Shown: positions 25,300 through 35,364, counted from the first letter of the stretch. The stretch: 39,479 bases of DNA from an uncultured Eubacteriales bacterium (GCA_900321265.1 ONVJ01000122.1:1-39479), one strand, 5' to 3'. Program-made: numbers and translations. The notes: generated by a model not told the origin, from the letters alone.

Positions 25300-26241
25300 A
25301 TGTCTAAAACAGCAACAAAGGCTGTGTCCCAAAAGGATATTTCAAGGTTTCGGTATACGCTGAAAGAGATGAACCGCAACAAGGTCGGATACGTCATGAT
25401 CGCACCCTTCATGCTCGTGTTCACCCTGTTCACCGTCGCGCCGGTCGTGGTCTCGATGGTCATAAGCTTTACGGACTTCAACCTGCTGCAGACTCCGAAC
25501 TTTGTTTTCCTGGACAACTACATCCGCCTTTTCCTTGACGACGATATCTTCCTGATCGCGATCAAGAACACATTCGTGTTCGCAGCGATAGTCGGTCCCG
25601 CCGGCTATCTGATGTCCTTTATGGTGGCCTGGTTCATCAACGAGCTCGAGCCTAAGATCAGAGCCGTCGTGACGCTCATCTTCTATGCTCCCTCGATCTC
25701 CGGCCACGTCTATCTCATCTGGGGCACACTCTTCTCCGGCGACTCCTACGGATGGGTCAACGGATTCCTCCTCAACTACAATCTTATTGACGAGGAGATT
25801 CAGTTCTTCGAAGACGCCGACTACGTCATGCCTCTGTGTATCGTTGTCGCACTCTGGATGTCGCTCGGTACCTCCTTCCTGTCCTTCATCGCCGGTCTGC
25901 AGGGCGTCGACCGTTCGCTCTACGAGGCGGGCGCCGTCGACGGCGTAAGAAACCGCTGGCAGGAACTCTGGTACATAACCCTTCCGTCGATGAGACCGCA
26001 GCTGATGTTCGGCGCTATTATGTCGATCACCTCCTCCTTCGGTTTCGGCGGAGTCGTCGACGCCCTCTGCGGAAACCCGTCGGTCGACTACTGCGCATGG
26101 ACGATCATGCATCACCTTAACGACTACGGCGGAGCGAGGTTCGAAGTCGGATATTCATCCGCGATAGCCGTCGTACTGTTTGCCATAATGATGGGCGCGA
26201 ACGCGCTGGTCAAGAAGCTGATTTCAAAGGTAGGTTCGTAG
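25300..26241 (+). CDS. ABC sugar transporter permease, MalF/UgpA-type
   Basis: 313-aa ORF with six predicted hydrophobic segments. The EAA loop is LYEAGAVDGVRNRWQELWYITLPSMRP. An AAGGAGAG RBS lies upstream. Confidence 0.9.
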   Translation: MSKTATKAVSQKDISRFRYTLKEMNRNKVGYVMIAPFMLVFTLFTVAPVVVSMVISFTDFNLLQTPNFVFLDNYIRLFLDDDIFLIAIKNTFVFAAIVGPAGYLMSFMVAWFINELEPKIRAVVTLIFYAPSISGHVYLIWGTLFSGDSYGWVNGFLLNYNLIDEEIQFFEDADYVMPLCIVVALWMSLGTSFLSFIAGLQGVDRSLYEAGAVDGVRNRWQELWYITLPSMRPQLMFGAIMSITSSFGFGGVVDALCGNPSVDYCAWTIMHHLNDYGGARFEVGYSSAIAVVLFAIMMGANALVKKLISKVGS

Positions 26242-26243
26242 AA

Positions 26244-27116
26244 ATGGCAAGATTAAGAACCAGAAAACACAAGGTAGTACTGAACCGCTCGGTCGGCGGT
26301 GACGCGGGCATAACCTTCCTGCTCGTGCTTCTCGGAGCCTTCATGTTCCTGCCGATGCTCTACGTCATCATGCAGTCGCTGAAGCCTCTTGACGAACTCT
26401 GGATGTTCCCGCCCAGATTCTACGTCGTAAACCCGACCTTCAGGAACTTCAAGGACCTCTTCGTCCTCATGAACACCTCCTGGGTCCCCTTCTCCCGCTA
26501 CATCTTCAATACGGTGTTCATCACCGTTCTTGGGACTGTAGGCAACCTCTTCTTCGGATCTCTTGCCGCCTACGCCTTCTCGAAGGTAATGTTCCCGGGG
26601 CGCAAGTGGATGTTCAAGGTGGTCCGTTCCTCGCTCATGTTCCACAAGACGGTCACCGCCGTTACGAACTTCATCATCATGAGCGCGCTGCATATGGTCG
26701 ACACCTACTGGGCGCTGATCATTCCGGCATGGGGCCACACCCTCGGCCTCTACCTGATGAAGCAGTTCATGGAATCGAACGTCACCGACGCCGTCCTCGA
26801 GTCGGCGAGACTTGACGGAGCGTCCGAGTTCAAGACCTTCTGGGTGATTGCGATGCCGATGGTCAAGCCCGCATGGCTTACCCTCATCATCTACTCCTTC
26901 CAGGATCTCTGGAACGCCGGTTCCTCGATCTACATCCACTCCGAGCAGCTCAAGTCCTTCAACTACGCGATCGGACAGATCACCGCCGGAGGTATCAAGC
27001 GTGCCGGAGCTTCGGCAGCTTCGCAGGTCATAATGATGGCGGTGCCTATACTGGTATTCGTCATAACTCAGTCAAACATCATCGAGACGATGGGATCGTC
27101 GGGAATGAAGGATTAA
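26244..27116 (+). CDS. ABC sugar transporter permease, MalG/UgpE-type
   Basis: 290-aa ORF with the EAA loop LESARLDGASEFKTFWVIAMPMVKP. It starts 2 nt after the preceding stop. Confidence 0.9.
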   Translation: MARLRTRKHKVVLNRSVGGDAGITFLLVLLGAFMFLPMLYVIMQSLKPLDELWMFPPRFYVVNPTFRNFKDLFVLMNTSWVPFSRYIFNTVFITVLGTVGNLFFGSLAAYAFSKVMFPGRKWMFKVVRSSLMFHKTVTAVTNFIIMSALHMVDTYWALIIPAWGHTLGLYLMKQFMESNVTDAVLESARLDGASEFKTFWVIAMPMVKPAWLTLIIYSFQDLWNAGSSIYIHSEQLKSFNYAIGQITAGGIKRAGASAASQVIMMAVPILVFVITQSNIIETMGSSGMKD

Positions 27117-27128
27117 GGGGGCAGCAAA

Positions 27129-29273
27129 GTGAAGTTTAAAAAGACAGCTGTTGCCGTCTTCTCGGTCGTGATCCTCGTGATCATGCTCGCGGCGATGCCC
27201 GTAAGCGCCGGAAGGACCTATCAGACCTATACCTATTCGATATCGGGTCAGGCCCTCCACTCCCCCGACGCCTACACTCCGCTGATGGAGATAGACAGCA
27301 CATACATGGGTCTGTCAAAGAATCTTGACAACCCCACAGATATCTTCGTGGACGATAAAGACAACGTCTATATTTCCGACACGAACAACAACCGGATCGT
27401 AGTTCTTGACAGGTATTTCAAATACAAGTTCGCGATCAGCGAGTTCATCAACGATCAGGGTATCCCCGACAAGCTCAACGCTCCGAACGGCGTCTTCGTC
27501 ACCTCGGACACGATCTATATCGCCGATACCAACCAGAACAGGATCGTCACCTGCGACCTTGAAGGAAACTTCCTGAGAGTCATCGCCGCCCCCGAGGACG
27601 CCCTCTTCGATACCGGCGCGGTCTACAAGCCGGTGGCGCTCGTGGTCGACTCCTTCAACAGGCTCTACATCGTTTCTTCGACTACCTATCAGGGCATCAT
27701 CGTTATGACCAGCGAGGGCGAGTTCATATCCTTCATCGGCGCCCAGAAGGTCGCGATATCCGCCTGGGACAAGCTCTGGAGAAAGATCATGAACTCGGAC
27801 CAGAGAGCCCAGACCGAGCTTCTGATAGCCTCTGAGTTCAACAACATCGATCTCAACGAAAAGGGTCTGATGTTCGTCACGACCTCCTCGATCGACAGCA
27901 AAAAGGTCGCGAGCGAGATCAAGAAGAAGACGAAATCCGGCGACTATATGCCGGTCAAGCTCCTTAACAAGTCGGGCGACGAGGTCATGCACCGCAACGG
28001 CTTCTGGCCGCCTGCGGGCGAGATCAACAATTCGGGCTCCTCATCCGACGGATCGATCAACGGCGTTTCCAAGATCATCGACGTCGCCTCGGGACCTGAG
28101 TTCACTTGGTCCATCATCGACACTCTCCGCCAGAAGGTGTTCACCTATGACGAGGAGGGCAACCTGCTCTTCGCCTTCGGCGATTCGGGCTCTCAGCTCG
28201 GAAACCTGGTCAGCATCCAGTCGATCGACTATATGTCCGACTCAAAGCTGCTCGTTCTCGACAAGACGAACAAGAATATCACGGTATTCCAGAGGACAGA
28301 ATACGGAGACATCCTCATCAACGCTCTCACGAACCAGAACTCCCGCCAGTATGACCGCGCGATAGACGACTGGACCGAGATCCTGAAGAGAAACTCCAAC
28401 TTCGACGTTGCCTACATCGGCATCGCCGACGCCCTCTACCGCAACGGCGAGTACAGAGAGGCGATGGAGTACTACGAGGCGGCCTATTCAAAGGGCGGCT
28501 GGTCCGACTCCTACAAGGAGATCAGAAAGGACTGGATCTCGAGATACGTGCTCCTGATCCCGCTCTTCGTGATCATAATCATAGCGGCCCTCGTAATATT
28601 CTTCAAATACGCGGGCAAGGTCAACAAGCGCGCAGAGACTTCGGGCAAGAAGAGGACATTCGGTGAGGAGCTGCTCTTCGCCTTCCACCTCATCTTCCAT
28701 CCCTTCGACGGCTTCTGGGATCTGAAGCACGAGAAGCGCGGCTCGGTCAGAGCTTCGCTCGTCTTCGTGCTCATCACGATCCTGGCGGTCTTCTACCAGG
28801 ACATCGGCTCGGGCTACCTTGTTAATCCGCAGGGCAGATATGCCGGTATCCTCAGCGACGCGCTCGGCGTCATTGTTCCCCACCTTCTCTTCGTGGTCGC
28901 CAACTGGTGCCTGACGACGCTCTTTGACGGAGAAGGAAGCTTCAAGGACGTTTTCGTCGCCGTTTCCTACTCGCTCGTGCCGATCCCGATGCTCATGATC
29001 CCGATGACGATCTTCTCGAACGTCGCCATCTCGACAGAGCTTCAGCTCGTCAACTTCATCAACTCGGTCGGAATGATATGGGCCTTCCTGCTCATCTTCC
29101 TCGGCACGATGGTGACGCACGACTATTCGATCGGCAAGAATATCATAACCACCGTCGGAACGATAATAGCCATGGCGTTCATCATGTTCGTCGCCATCCT
29201 GTTCACGACTCTCGTCGGAAAGATGGTCAGCTTCATTACCAACATCATCGTCGAGATCAACTATCGACTGTAA
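27129..29273 (+). CDS. NHL-repeat beta-propeller, TPR and Yip1-domain polytopic membrane protein
   Basis: 714-aa ORF with a GTG start after an AAGGGGG RBS. It has a signal peptide or anchor. NHL-like repeats include DIFVDDKDNVYISDTNNNRIVVLD and GVFVTSDTIYIADTNQNRIVTCD. The TPR-like segment is AYIGIADALYRNGEYREAMEYYEAAY. The C-terminal ~230 aa hold a TM helix plus a five-helix Yip1-like block. Confidence 0.75.
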   Translation: MKFKKTAVAVFSVVILVIMLAAMPVSAGRTYQTYTYSISGQALHSPDAYTPLMEIDSTYMGLSKNLDNPTDIFVDDKDNVYISDTNNNRIVVLDRYFKYKFAISEFINDQGIPDKLNAPNGVFVTSDTIYIADTNQNRIVTCDLEGNFLRVIAAPEDALFDTGAVYKPVALVVDSFNRLYIVSSTTYQGIIVMTSEGEFISFIGAQKVAISAWDKLWRKIMNSDQRAQTELLIASEFNNIDLNEKGLMFVTTSSIDSKKVASEIKKKTKSGDYMPVKLLNKSGDEVMHRNGFWPPAGEINNSGSSSDGSINGVSKIIDVASGPEFTWSIIDTLRQKVFTYDEEGNLLFAFGDSGSQLGNLVSIQSIDYMSDSKLLVLDKTNKNITVFQRTEYGDILINALTNQNSRQYDRAIDDWTEILKRNSNFDVAYIGIADALYRNGEYREAMEYYEAAYSKGGWSDSYKEIRKDWISRYVLLIPLFVIIIIAALVIFFKYAGKVNKRAETSGKKRTFGEELLFAFHLIFHPFDGFWDLKHEKRGSVRASLVFVLITILAVFYQDIGSGYLVNPQGRYAGILSDALGVIVPHLLFVVANWCLTTLFDGEGSFKDVFVAVSYSLVPIPMLMIPMTIFSNVAISTELQLVNFINSVGMIWAFLLIFLGTMVTHDYSIGKNIITTVGTIIAMAFIMFVAILFTTLVGKMVSFITNIIVEINYRL

Positions 29274-29292
29274 AGGCAGAAGGAGAATTGAA

Positions 29293-32200
29293 ATGAAGAA
29301 AATAATTGCAATGACCCTGTCTGTCATCATCCTCGTCGCGATGCTCATCGTCGACGTCGGGGCCTACGCGGTCGATCTGGTCTTCGAGATCGATTCCAAG
29401 ACAAAGAAGCCGACAGACACCGTCGATTACAAATCCACCCTTGAGCAGTACCTCACTCTCGAGTTTGCCACTGCCGAGGATAAGCTGGCTTCGATGGAGA
29501 TGCTGCTCGAAAAAGACGGGTATCAGCTCTGGGCCGACAGGCTGACCGGCGAGGTCGCCACCAAGAACCTCTCTTCGGGTCAGATCCTCTTCTCGAACCC
29601 CTATGACGTCGGAGCCAAATATCCCTCCAAGCAGGGACCGTCGGATTCCACCAAGAAGAAGCTGATGTCCCAGCTCATGGTGAGATACGTCGACAACGAT
29701 ACCGAGAAGGAGATGTACTCCTTTGAAGAGGCCGCGATGAACGGCCAGATCAAGATCAAGAACATCAAGAACGGTATCCGCGTCGAATACTCCATCGGCC
29801 GTGAGGAGACCAGAATGCTGGTCCCGAAGGTCATAGAGAAGACCCACTTCGAGACCGAGATCCTCGAGCCCTTCGCGAACGAGATCAACGAGATCTCCCG
29901 CGATTCCGGCCTTATCGAACTCAACTGGGTAGACTACTTCCCGGTATCGAAGAGAAAAGAAGCGGTCCCGGATTCGGGCGGAAACTCGCTCTGGTTCAAC
30001 TTCATGCAGCTCCTCGCCTACTATCAGTACAAGGCGACCGAAGCCTGCGCGACAGAACCCGAGAAGAAATCTCTGGTAGCCGCCTATCCCATCTGTAAGA
30101 AAATGAACGTCTACGTCTTCTCTACAGACGCTACGACGACAGAGACGATGAGGATAGAGAACTACATCAAGACCTACGCTCCCTCATACACCTACGAAAT
30201 GCTCGAAGCCGACCATGCTCTCACCGAGTATGAAGGCTCCGACAAGAACCCCGCGCTCTTCAAGGTCGCGCTGGAGTATACCCTTGACGAATGGGGCATG
30301 TCCTTCCGCTGCCCGGTCAACGGTCTGAGATTCGACGAATCGCTCTATCAGCTCGTCTACATCAGCCCGCTTCAGTATATGGGCGCCGGAGCCAACTACC
30401 TGCTCGGAGACAAGGCCGAGAAGTTCACAGGCTATAACTTCTTCCCGGACGGATCCGGCACACTCTTCCGTCACGAGGACCTCGCGACGAACAACACGAC
30501 CACGATCAACGCAAAGGTCTACGGAGCCGACTTCGCCTACAACAACATAAGCGGGACCCACTCCGAGACCGTCCGCTACCCGGTATTCGGGATCGTTTCC
30601 AACTACCATGACATCCGTCAGTCGGTAGAGAAGCAGCTGGTCGCGGAAGAGATCAGGGATCCGAACACCGGCGAAGTGCTCTCCCCCGCGGAATACGAGG
30701 AAGTCGAAGTCGACTATACTTATAATGAAGACCGCGGATTCGTGGCCATCATCGAGGAGGGCGACGCCCTCGCCGAGCTGTCCACATACCACGCGGGCTC
30801 GCTCAGCAAGTACAACTCGATAAGCATGCTCTTCTATCCCAGACCCAAAGACTCATACAACCTCGCCAACGCGATCTCGGTCGGCGCAAACGCCACCTGG
30901 ACGGTCGTCTGCTCGAGAAAGTATGTCGGCAACTACAAGGTCAGGTACATTATGCTCACCGACCGGACCATTGCCGAGGAAAAGGGACTGGAGAACACAT
31001 ACGAGCCTACCTGGATGGGCATGGCGACTGCGTACAGAGATTACCTGACCTACAAGGGCGATCTCCAGAGGCTTGAGTCCTCCGACGTTTCCGCCGACAT
31101 TCCCGCCTATATCGAGACCTTCGGCGCGATCGAGACTGTTGAAAAGATCATGTCGATCCCGGTAAACACGATGGCAGCGCTGAGCTCCTTCGAAAATATC
31201 AAGACGATGTATGACGAGCTCTCCGCCGAGGGAGTCGGCAACATCAAGTTCAAGCTCACCGGATACGCCAACGGCGGTATGTACGCCTCGATCCCCTACA
31301 GACTCAAGTGGGAGAAGGTCGTCGGCGGCGCCGAAGGATACAAAGATCTTGTCAGCTATGCGAAGCAGAAGGGCTTCCAGGTATTCCCCGACTTCAACTT
31401 CGCATATGTCAGATCGAGCACCAACAAGGCGTTCGACGGACTTACATTCAAGAAGCATATAGTCAAGTCGATCAACAACACCTATATGTCAAAGAGGTAC
31501 TACAGCGCCACGAGACAGACGATGATCGGACGCTTCGACCTCTGCGTATCCCCCGCATACTACTCTCACTTCTATGAGAAGTTCAATCAGAACCTGCTGA
31601 AATACTACGGGGACGGAGTGGACAAGACGATCTCCATCGCATCCCTCGGAACCGCCCTCAACTCCGACTTCGACGAGGATGAGCCTTACAACCGCGAAGA
31701 CTCGAAGAAGCAGACGATCGAGGCGGTAAAGGAGATCGGAGACAAGTATGACTACGTAATGACCGAAGGCGCCAACGCCTACGTCTGGAAATACGTAGAC
31801 TACATACTCAATGTCCCGCTCGATTCCAGCCGCTACACAAGGTCGAGCGCATCGGTGCCCTTCATCGGTGTCGTTCTTCACGGCAGCAAGCAGTTCGCCG
31901 GCACGCCGCTCAACATGGACGGCAACATAGGCTACAGCCTGCTGAAAGCGATCGAGAACGGCGCGGGAGTCTACTTCATCCTGGCTTACCAGAACTTCGC
32001 CAAGCTGAAGGAAGACTTCGTGCTCAGCGAGTACTACTCGGTCAGATACGATATCCTTAAGAACGACGTCGTCAAATACTACACGCTGATCAACGACCTG
32101 ACGAAGGATCTGCAGCTTGAGCTCATCACCTCGCACGAGTTCCTCACCGGCGAACGCGTGCCCGATCCCGATGAGGTCATAGCCGACGCCGCAGAGGCTC

Positions 32201-35200
32201 AGAGGCTTCTTGAAGAAGAGGCCAAGGCGGCCGAAGAGGCAGCCGAGAAAGCCAGAGTCCAGAGCCTGCTCAACGGACGTGTCAACGCCGCCGACAGCGC
32301 CGCCAACTGCCTGCTGCAGGTCAACGGCTTCTACAATCAGGCGGTCGCCAATGACGAGGGCAGCTGCTCGGTCGCCATAAACGGAAACGTGACGGTGACG
32401 ATCGGTATGAAGACCCTTGTCAATCAGGTCATCGAGACTTCCGCTGCAAGAGCCGCAGCTCAGACGCTCAATGACGAGAAATACGACGATGACAAGCTGA
32501 AAGCCGCGATCCTTGAGGCCTGGACCGAGATCAACGATCCCTTCAGCGCCCATATGAAGAGCGGCAGCAACGGCGCGTATGCCGCGATCCTCAGCACCTA
32601 TGAGAAGGCAAACGCCTCCTATACAAACAACGTCAACACCGCGGCAACCAGAAAAGAAGCCTACGACACTGCCGTTGAGAACGCGGTCAGAGCGGGTATC
32701 GACAAGATCCCCGAACTCTACGCCGCTTACAAGGAGAACGCGACAGAAGAAAATCTTCAGGCTCTGCTGCAGTATGCCGGGACTCTCGCGGACGCGGAAA
32801 AGTATGTCGAGCTGATCGCAAAGATCGCCGAGACCACGGCTGAGATCTCCGGACTCGCTACCGCGTATAAAGAAGATGCCGCTTACAAGGCACTCGAGGA
32901 GGCAAAGGCAGCAAGGGAACAGAATCTTAAGGATGCCGAAGCCGCCGACAAGGCCAGCGTAAACGAGCTGAAAGCCATTCAGAGCAATCCCGCCGGACAT
33001 ACCGCCGAGGAGATCGCCAGAGCCCAGGCATACACCGACGCTGTTGCCGCGCTTGCCGACGCTCAGGCGGAGGTCAAGGCAAGGATCAGTTATCTGAAGC
33101 TTGTCGACACCAGTGCCAAAAAGGCTCTCTCGACAGTGCCCGCAGGCTCCGACGAGCTGACCAAGCTTGAGCAGCTCATCGCGGATGCCGAAAAGGAGCT
33201 CGAGGAGCTCAACGATTCCGACAATACCACGAATCCCTACAATGCCGCCGTTATCTCCGCCCAGGCAGCTCTTGACGCCTTCACGCCCGCGACCGGCGCC
33301 GCAAGGACCGAGTCCGAAAAGGCGGACAAAGCCCTGAAGGATTACGAGGACAACTACAAGGCGACATACACCGAATCCGCCGCATATAAGGCCGCCGAGG
33401 CGAAGAAGCAGGGCTATGAGACCGAACTCGCTGCTCTGGAAGAGAAGTTCTCGAATATCGCTCCGGTACGCGCCCTGCTCGAAAAGTTCGTTTCCGCCAT
33501 GGAGGCGAGAAATGAAGCAGCCGCGAAGAGGACGACTCTTGAAAACAGCTATGCGTCCAACGCCGAATACATCAAGCTTCAGGACGCTCAGGACAAGGCC
33601 AATTACAACTTCACGGTAGTATCCGAAAAGCTTCTCGCCGCTATCGAAGAGGACGAGGAATACATCGCTCTCAAGAAGAAGGTGGAGGAGACAAAGGCAG
33701 AGCTTGAGAAATACACGCTCGGATATCTCGACGAGCTTGCCTACGCTGAGATCCAGGAAAAGCTTGAGGATGCCAAGGCTGAAGTAGAAGCTCTTGAAAC
33801 GGCATACCTCGAGGACGAAGAGTACAAGAAACTCTACGCGGCCTTCGAGACCGCAGAGAAGGAGCTCGACGCGGTAAGAACCGAGGCAGACTCGATCGCT
33901 TCCGCCGAGAAGCTGACGGTCACCGACGCGTTTATCGACAAGATCTCCAAAGCGGTTTCCGACTACGCCGCAGCAAAGTCCGCCCTCGATAAATACAATG
34001 AGGCGTTTGAGACAGAGCTGAAGGACAGCAAAGAATATAAGGAAGCCCTGTCCGAACTCGAGACGATCGAAAAAGAGGAAAAGGCGTTTATCGACGAGTT
34101 TATCGCTGAGCTCGACCAGGCCGCGATCGACTCAAGATCCGAAGAGAAGCCGGAAGAAACACTCGGAGGCAAATACGCGATCGCCCGCGACGCCTACGAC
34201 ACCGCGAAAAAATACCTCAATTATTTTGACGGAACGACTTCTGTGCCGAACACCGTCAAGGACGCTGTCGTTTATTCCGAGAAGGTAAAGACCATGGCCG
34301 AGTACACCAAGGCGGAATCCGAAAAGAAAGCCGCCCAGGACGCGATGGCGCTCTTCACCTCCGACTACGGAACAAAGCTCAAAGCCACGAAGGAAGAGAT
34401 CATCTCTACCATCACCGATCCTCAGCTGAAGGAGTACAACGCTCAGTATCAGGAGGCCAACGCCGCCTACTCCGCCGCCACGACCGAGATAACCGATACC
34501 TCGAAGGCACTCAGAGAATATGACAAGACCAGCGGCCCCGCGGTATACAACGCCGCCAACAGCTACTATACGGCTCTCGGCAATGTCAACACCGCGAGGA
34601 TCAACGCGGAGAAGGAACTGAAACACTCCGAACTGAGCGGATTCAAGGCTGCTTACGACGAGGACTCCGCCGCCTACGCGAAGATCTCGGGCAGACTTGA
34701 AGAGGTCAGGACCGAATCTGAGACTGCCGCGGAGGATTACAAGGTCGCTTCCGCCGATCTGACAAAGGCCACAAAGGCCTCCAACGACGCCATCAAGGCG
34801 GTCAGAGACCAGATCAACAGGATCACCGGCACGATAGTTCCCAGACTGAACTACTACGTCAAGGAGATGCTGAAGACGGTCGACGACTCCAATCTTGCCG
34901 TCGAAGTCCTTGGAAGTTCTCCCGACTATTCCGATCAGCTCAAGGAAGACGTGAAGGCCGCCAACAAGATCGCGGTCGACACCGAGAAGGAAGTCAGAGA
35001 GCTTTCCGACAAGGCGATCGCCTCGGCGAAGCACGCGCTTGAGACCGCATCCTCGATCATCGAGATAACCACCGAGATCAGCGATCCCTACAATCCTTCA
35101 GAGGGTTCGGGATCCGAAGAGACCGGAGACGACGAGGAAGAAGAGAACACCGTTACCAAGTACACCGACAACAGCGGAAACATCGTCGCTGTCGGATACT

Positions 35201-35364
35201 CAAACGGCGTCATGTTCCTCATCAACTACAACTATTTCGACGTTGTGACTGTTTACAACGAAGTCAGCTACACACTTCCCGCTTACGGCGGCTACAGGAT
35301 CAACCCTGACGGCTCCGTCAACTCTTTCTCAACATTCTTTGTGTTAGGAGGGATTGAAGAATGA
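29293..35364 (+). CDS. 2023-aa secreted or anchored giant: a ~930-aa globular alpha/beta domain (possibly DUF5696/GH-like), a ~970-aa A/E/K/Y-rich helical region, an acidic linker and a ~70-aa beta-rich C-terminal domain
   Basis: This is one uninterrupted ORF. A GAAGGAGA RBS lies upstream. The N-terminal hydrophobic segment is IIAMTLSVIILVAMLIVDVGAYA. The stop overlaps the next ATG (ATGA, 35361-35364). Domain limits were read from the translation: the helical region spans about nt 32160-35070. Confidence 0.85.
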   Translation: MKKIIAMTLSVIILVAMLIVDVGAYAVDLVFEIDSKTKKPTDTVDYKSTLEQYLTLEFATAEDKLASMEMLLEKDGYQLWADRLTGEVATKNLSSGQILFSNPYDVGAKYPSKQGPSDSTKKKLMSQLMVRYVDNDTEKEMYSFEEAAMNGQIKIKNIKNGIRVEYSIGREETRMLVPKVIEKTHFETEILEPFANEINEISRDSGLIELNWVDYFPVSKRKEAVPDSGGNSLWFNFMQLLAYYQYKATEACATEPEKKSLVAAYPICKKMNVYVFSTDATTTETMRIENYIKTYAPSYTYEMLEADHALTEYEGSDKNPALFKVALEYTLDEWGMSFRCPVNGLRFDESLYQLVYISPLQYMGAGANYLLGDKAEKFTGYNFFPDGSGTLFRHEDLATNNTTTINAKVYGADFAYNNISGTHSETVRYPVFGIVSNYHDIRQSVEKQLVAEEIRDPNTGEVLSPAEYEEVEVDYTYNEDRGFVAIIEEGDALAELSTYHAGSLSKYNSISMLFYPRPKDSYNLANAISVGANATWTVVCSRKYVGNYKVRYIMLTDRTIAEEKGLENTYEPTWMGMATAYRDYLTYKGDLQRLESSDVSADIPAYIETFGAIETVEKIMSIPVNTMAALSSFENIKTMYDELSAEGVGNIKFKLTGYANGGMYASIPYRLKWEKVVGGAEGYKDLVSYAKQKGFQVFPDFNFAYVRSSTNKAFDGLTFKKHIVKSINNTYMSKRYYSATRQTMIGRFDLCVSPAYYSHFYEKFNQNLLKYYGDGVDKTISIASLGTALNSDFDEDEPYNREDSKKQTIEAVKEIGDKYDYVMTEGANAYVWKYVDYILNVPLDSSRYTRSSASVPFIGVVLHGSKQFAGTPLNMDGNIGYSLLKAIENGAGVYFILAYQNFAKLKEDFVLSEYYSVRYDILKNDVVKYYTLINDLTKDLQLELITSHEFLTGERVPDPDEVIADAAEAQRLLEEEAKAAEEAAEKARVQSLLNGRVNAADSAANCLLQVNGFYNQAVANDEGSCSVAINGNVTVTIGMKTLVNQVIETSAARAAAQTLNDEKYDDDKLKAAILEAWTEINDPFSAHMKSGSNGAYAAILSTYEKANASYTNNVNTAATRKEAYDTAVENAVRAGIDKIPELYAAYKENATEENLQALLQYAGTLADAEKYVELIAKIAETTAEISGLATAYKEDAAYKALEEAKAAREQNLKDAEAADKASVNELKAIQSNPAGHTAEEIARAQAYTDAVAALADAQAEVKARISYLKLVDTSAKKALSTVPAGSDELTKLEQLIADAEKELEELNDSDNTTNPYNAAVISAQAALDAFTPATGAARTESEKADKALKDYEDNYKATYTESAAYKAAEAKKQGYETELAALEEKFSNIAPVRALLEKFVSAMEARNEAAAKRTTLENSYASNAEYIKLQDAQDKANYNFTVVSEKLLAAIEEDEEYIALKKKVEETKAELEKYTLGYLDELAYAEIQEKLEDAKAEVEALETAYLEDEEYKKLYAAFETAEKELDAVRTEADSIASAEKLTVTDAFIDKISKAVSDYAAAKSALDKYNEAFETELKDSKEYKEALSELETIEKEEKAFIDEFIAELDQAAIDSRSEEKPEETLGGKYAIARDAYDTAKKYLNYFDGTTSVPNTVKDAVVYSEKVKTMAEYTKAESEKKAAQDAMALFTSDYGTKLKATKEEIISTITDPQLKEYNAQYQEANAAYSAATTEITDTSKALREYDKTSGPAVYNAANSYYTALGNVNTARINAEKELKHSELSGFKAAYDEDSAAYAKISGRLEEVRTESETAAEDYKVASADLTKATKASNDAIKAVRDQINRITGTIVPRLNYYVKEMLKTVDDSNLAVEVLGSSPDYSDQLKEDVKAANKIAVDTEKEVRELSDKAIASAKHALETASSIIEITTEISDPYNPSEGSGSEETGDDEEEENTVTKYTDNSGNIVAVGYSNGVMFLINYNYFDVVTVYNEVSYTLPAYGGYRINPDGSVNSFSTFFVLGGIEE

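Noticed and set aside
31489-33000. 503-aa minus-strand ORF inside the giant gene (similar cases at 34132-35034, 30184-30792, 30853-31458 and 29257-29847)
   Set aside because: These lie antisense to the single uninterrupted 2023-aa frame. Their composition is what reverse-complemented GCC/GAG/AAG-rich codons would give.
32160-35070. Possible DNA-level tandem repeat array in the helical region of the giant gene
   Set aside because: The protein motif recurs, but the underlying nucleotide sequences differ in codon choice and spacing. I found no long exact direct repeats by eye, so this is compositional periodicity rather than a repeat array.
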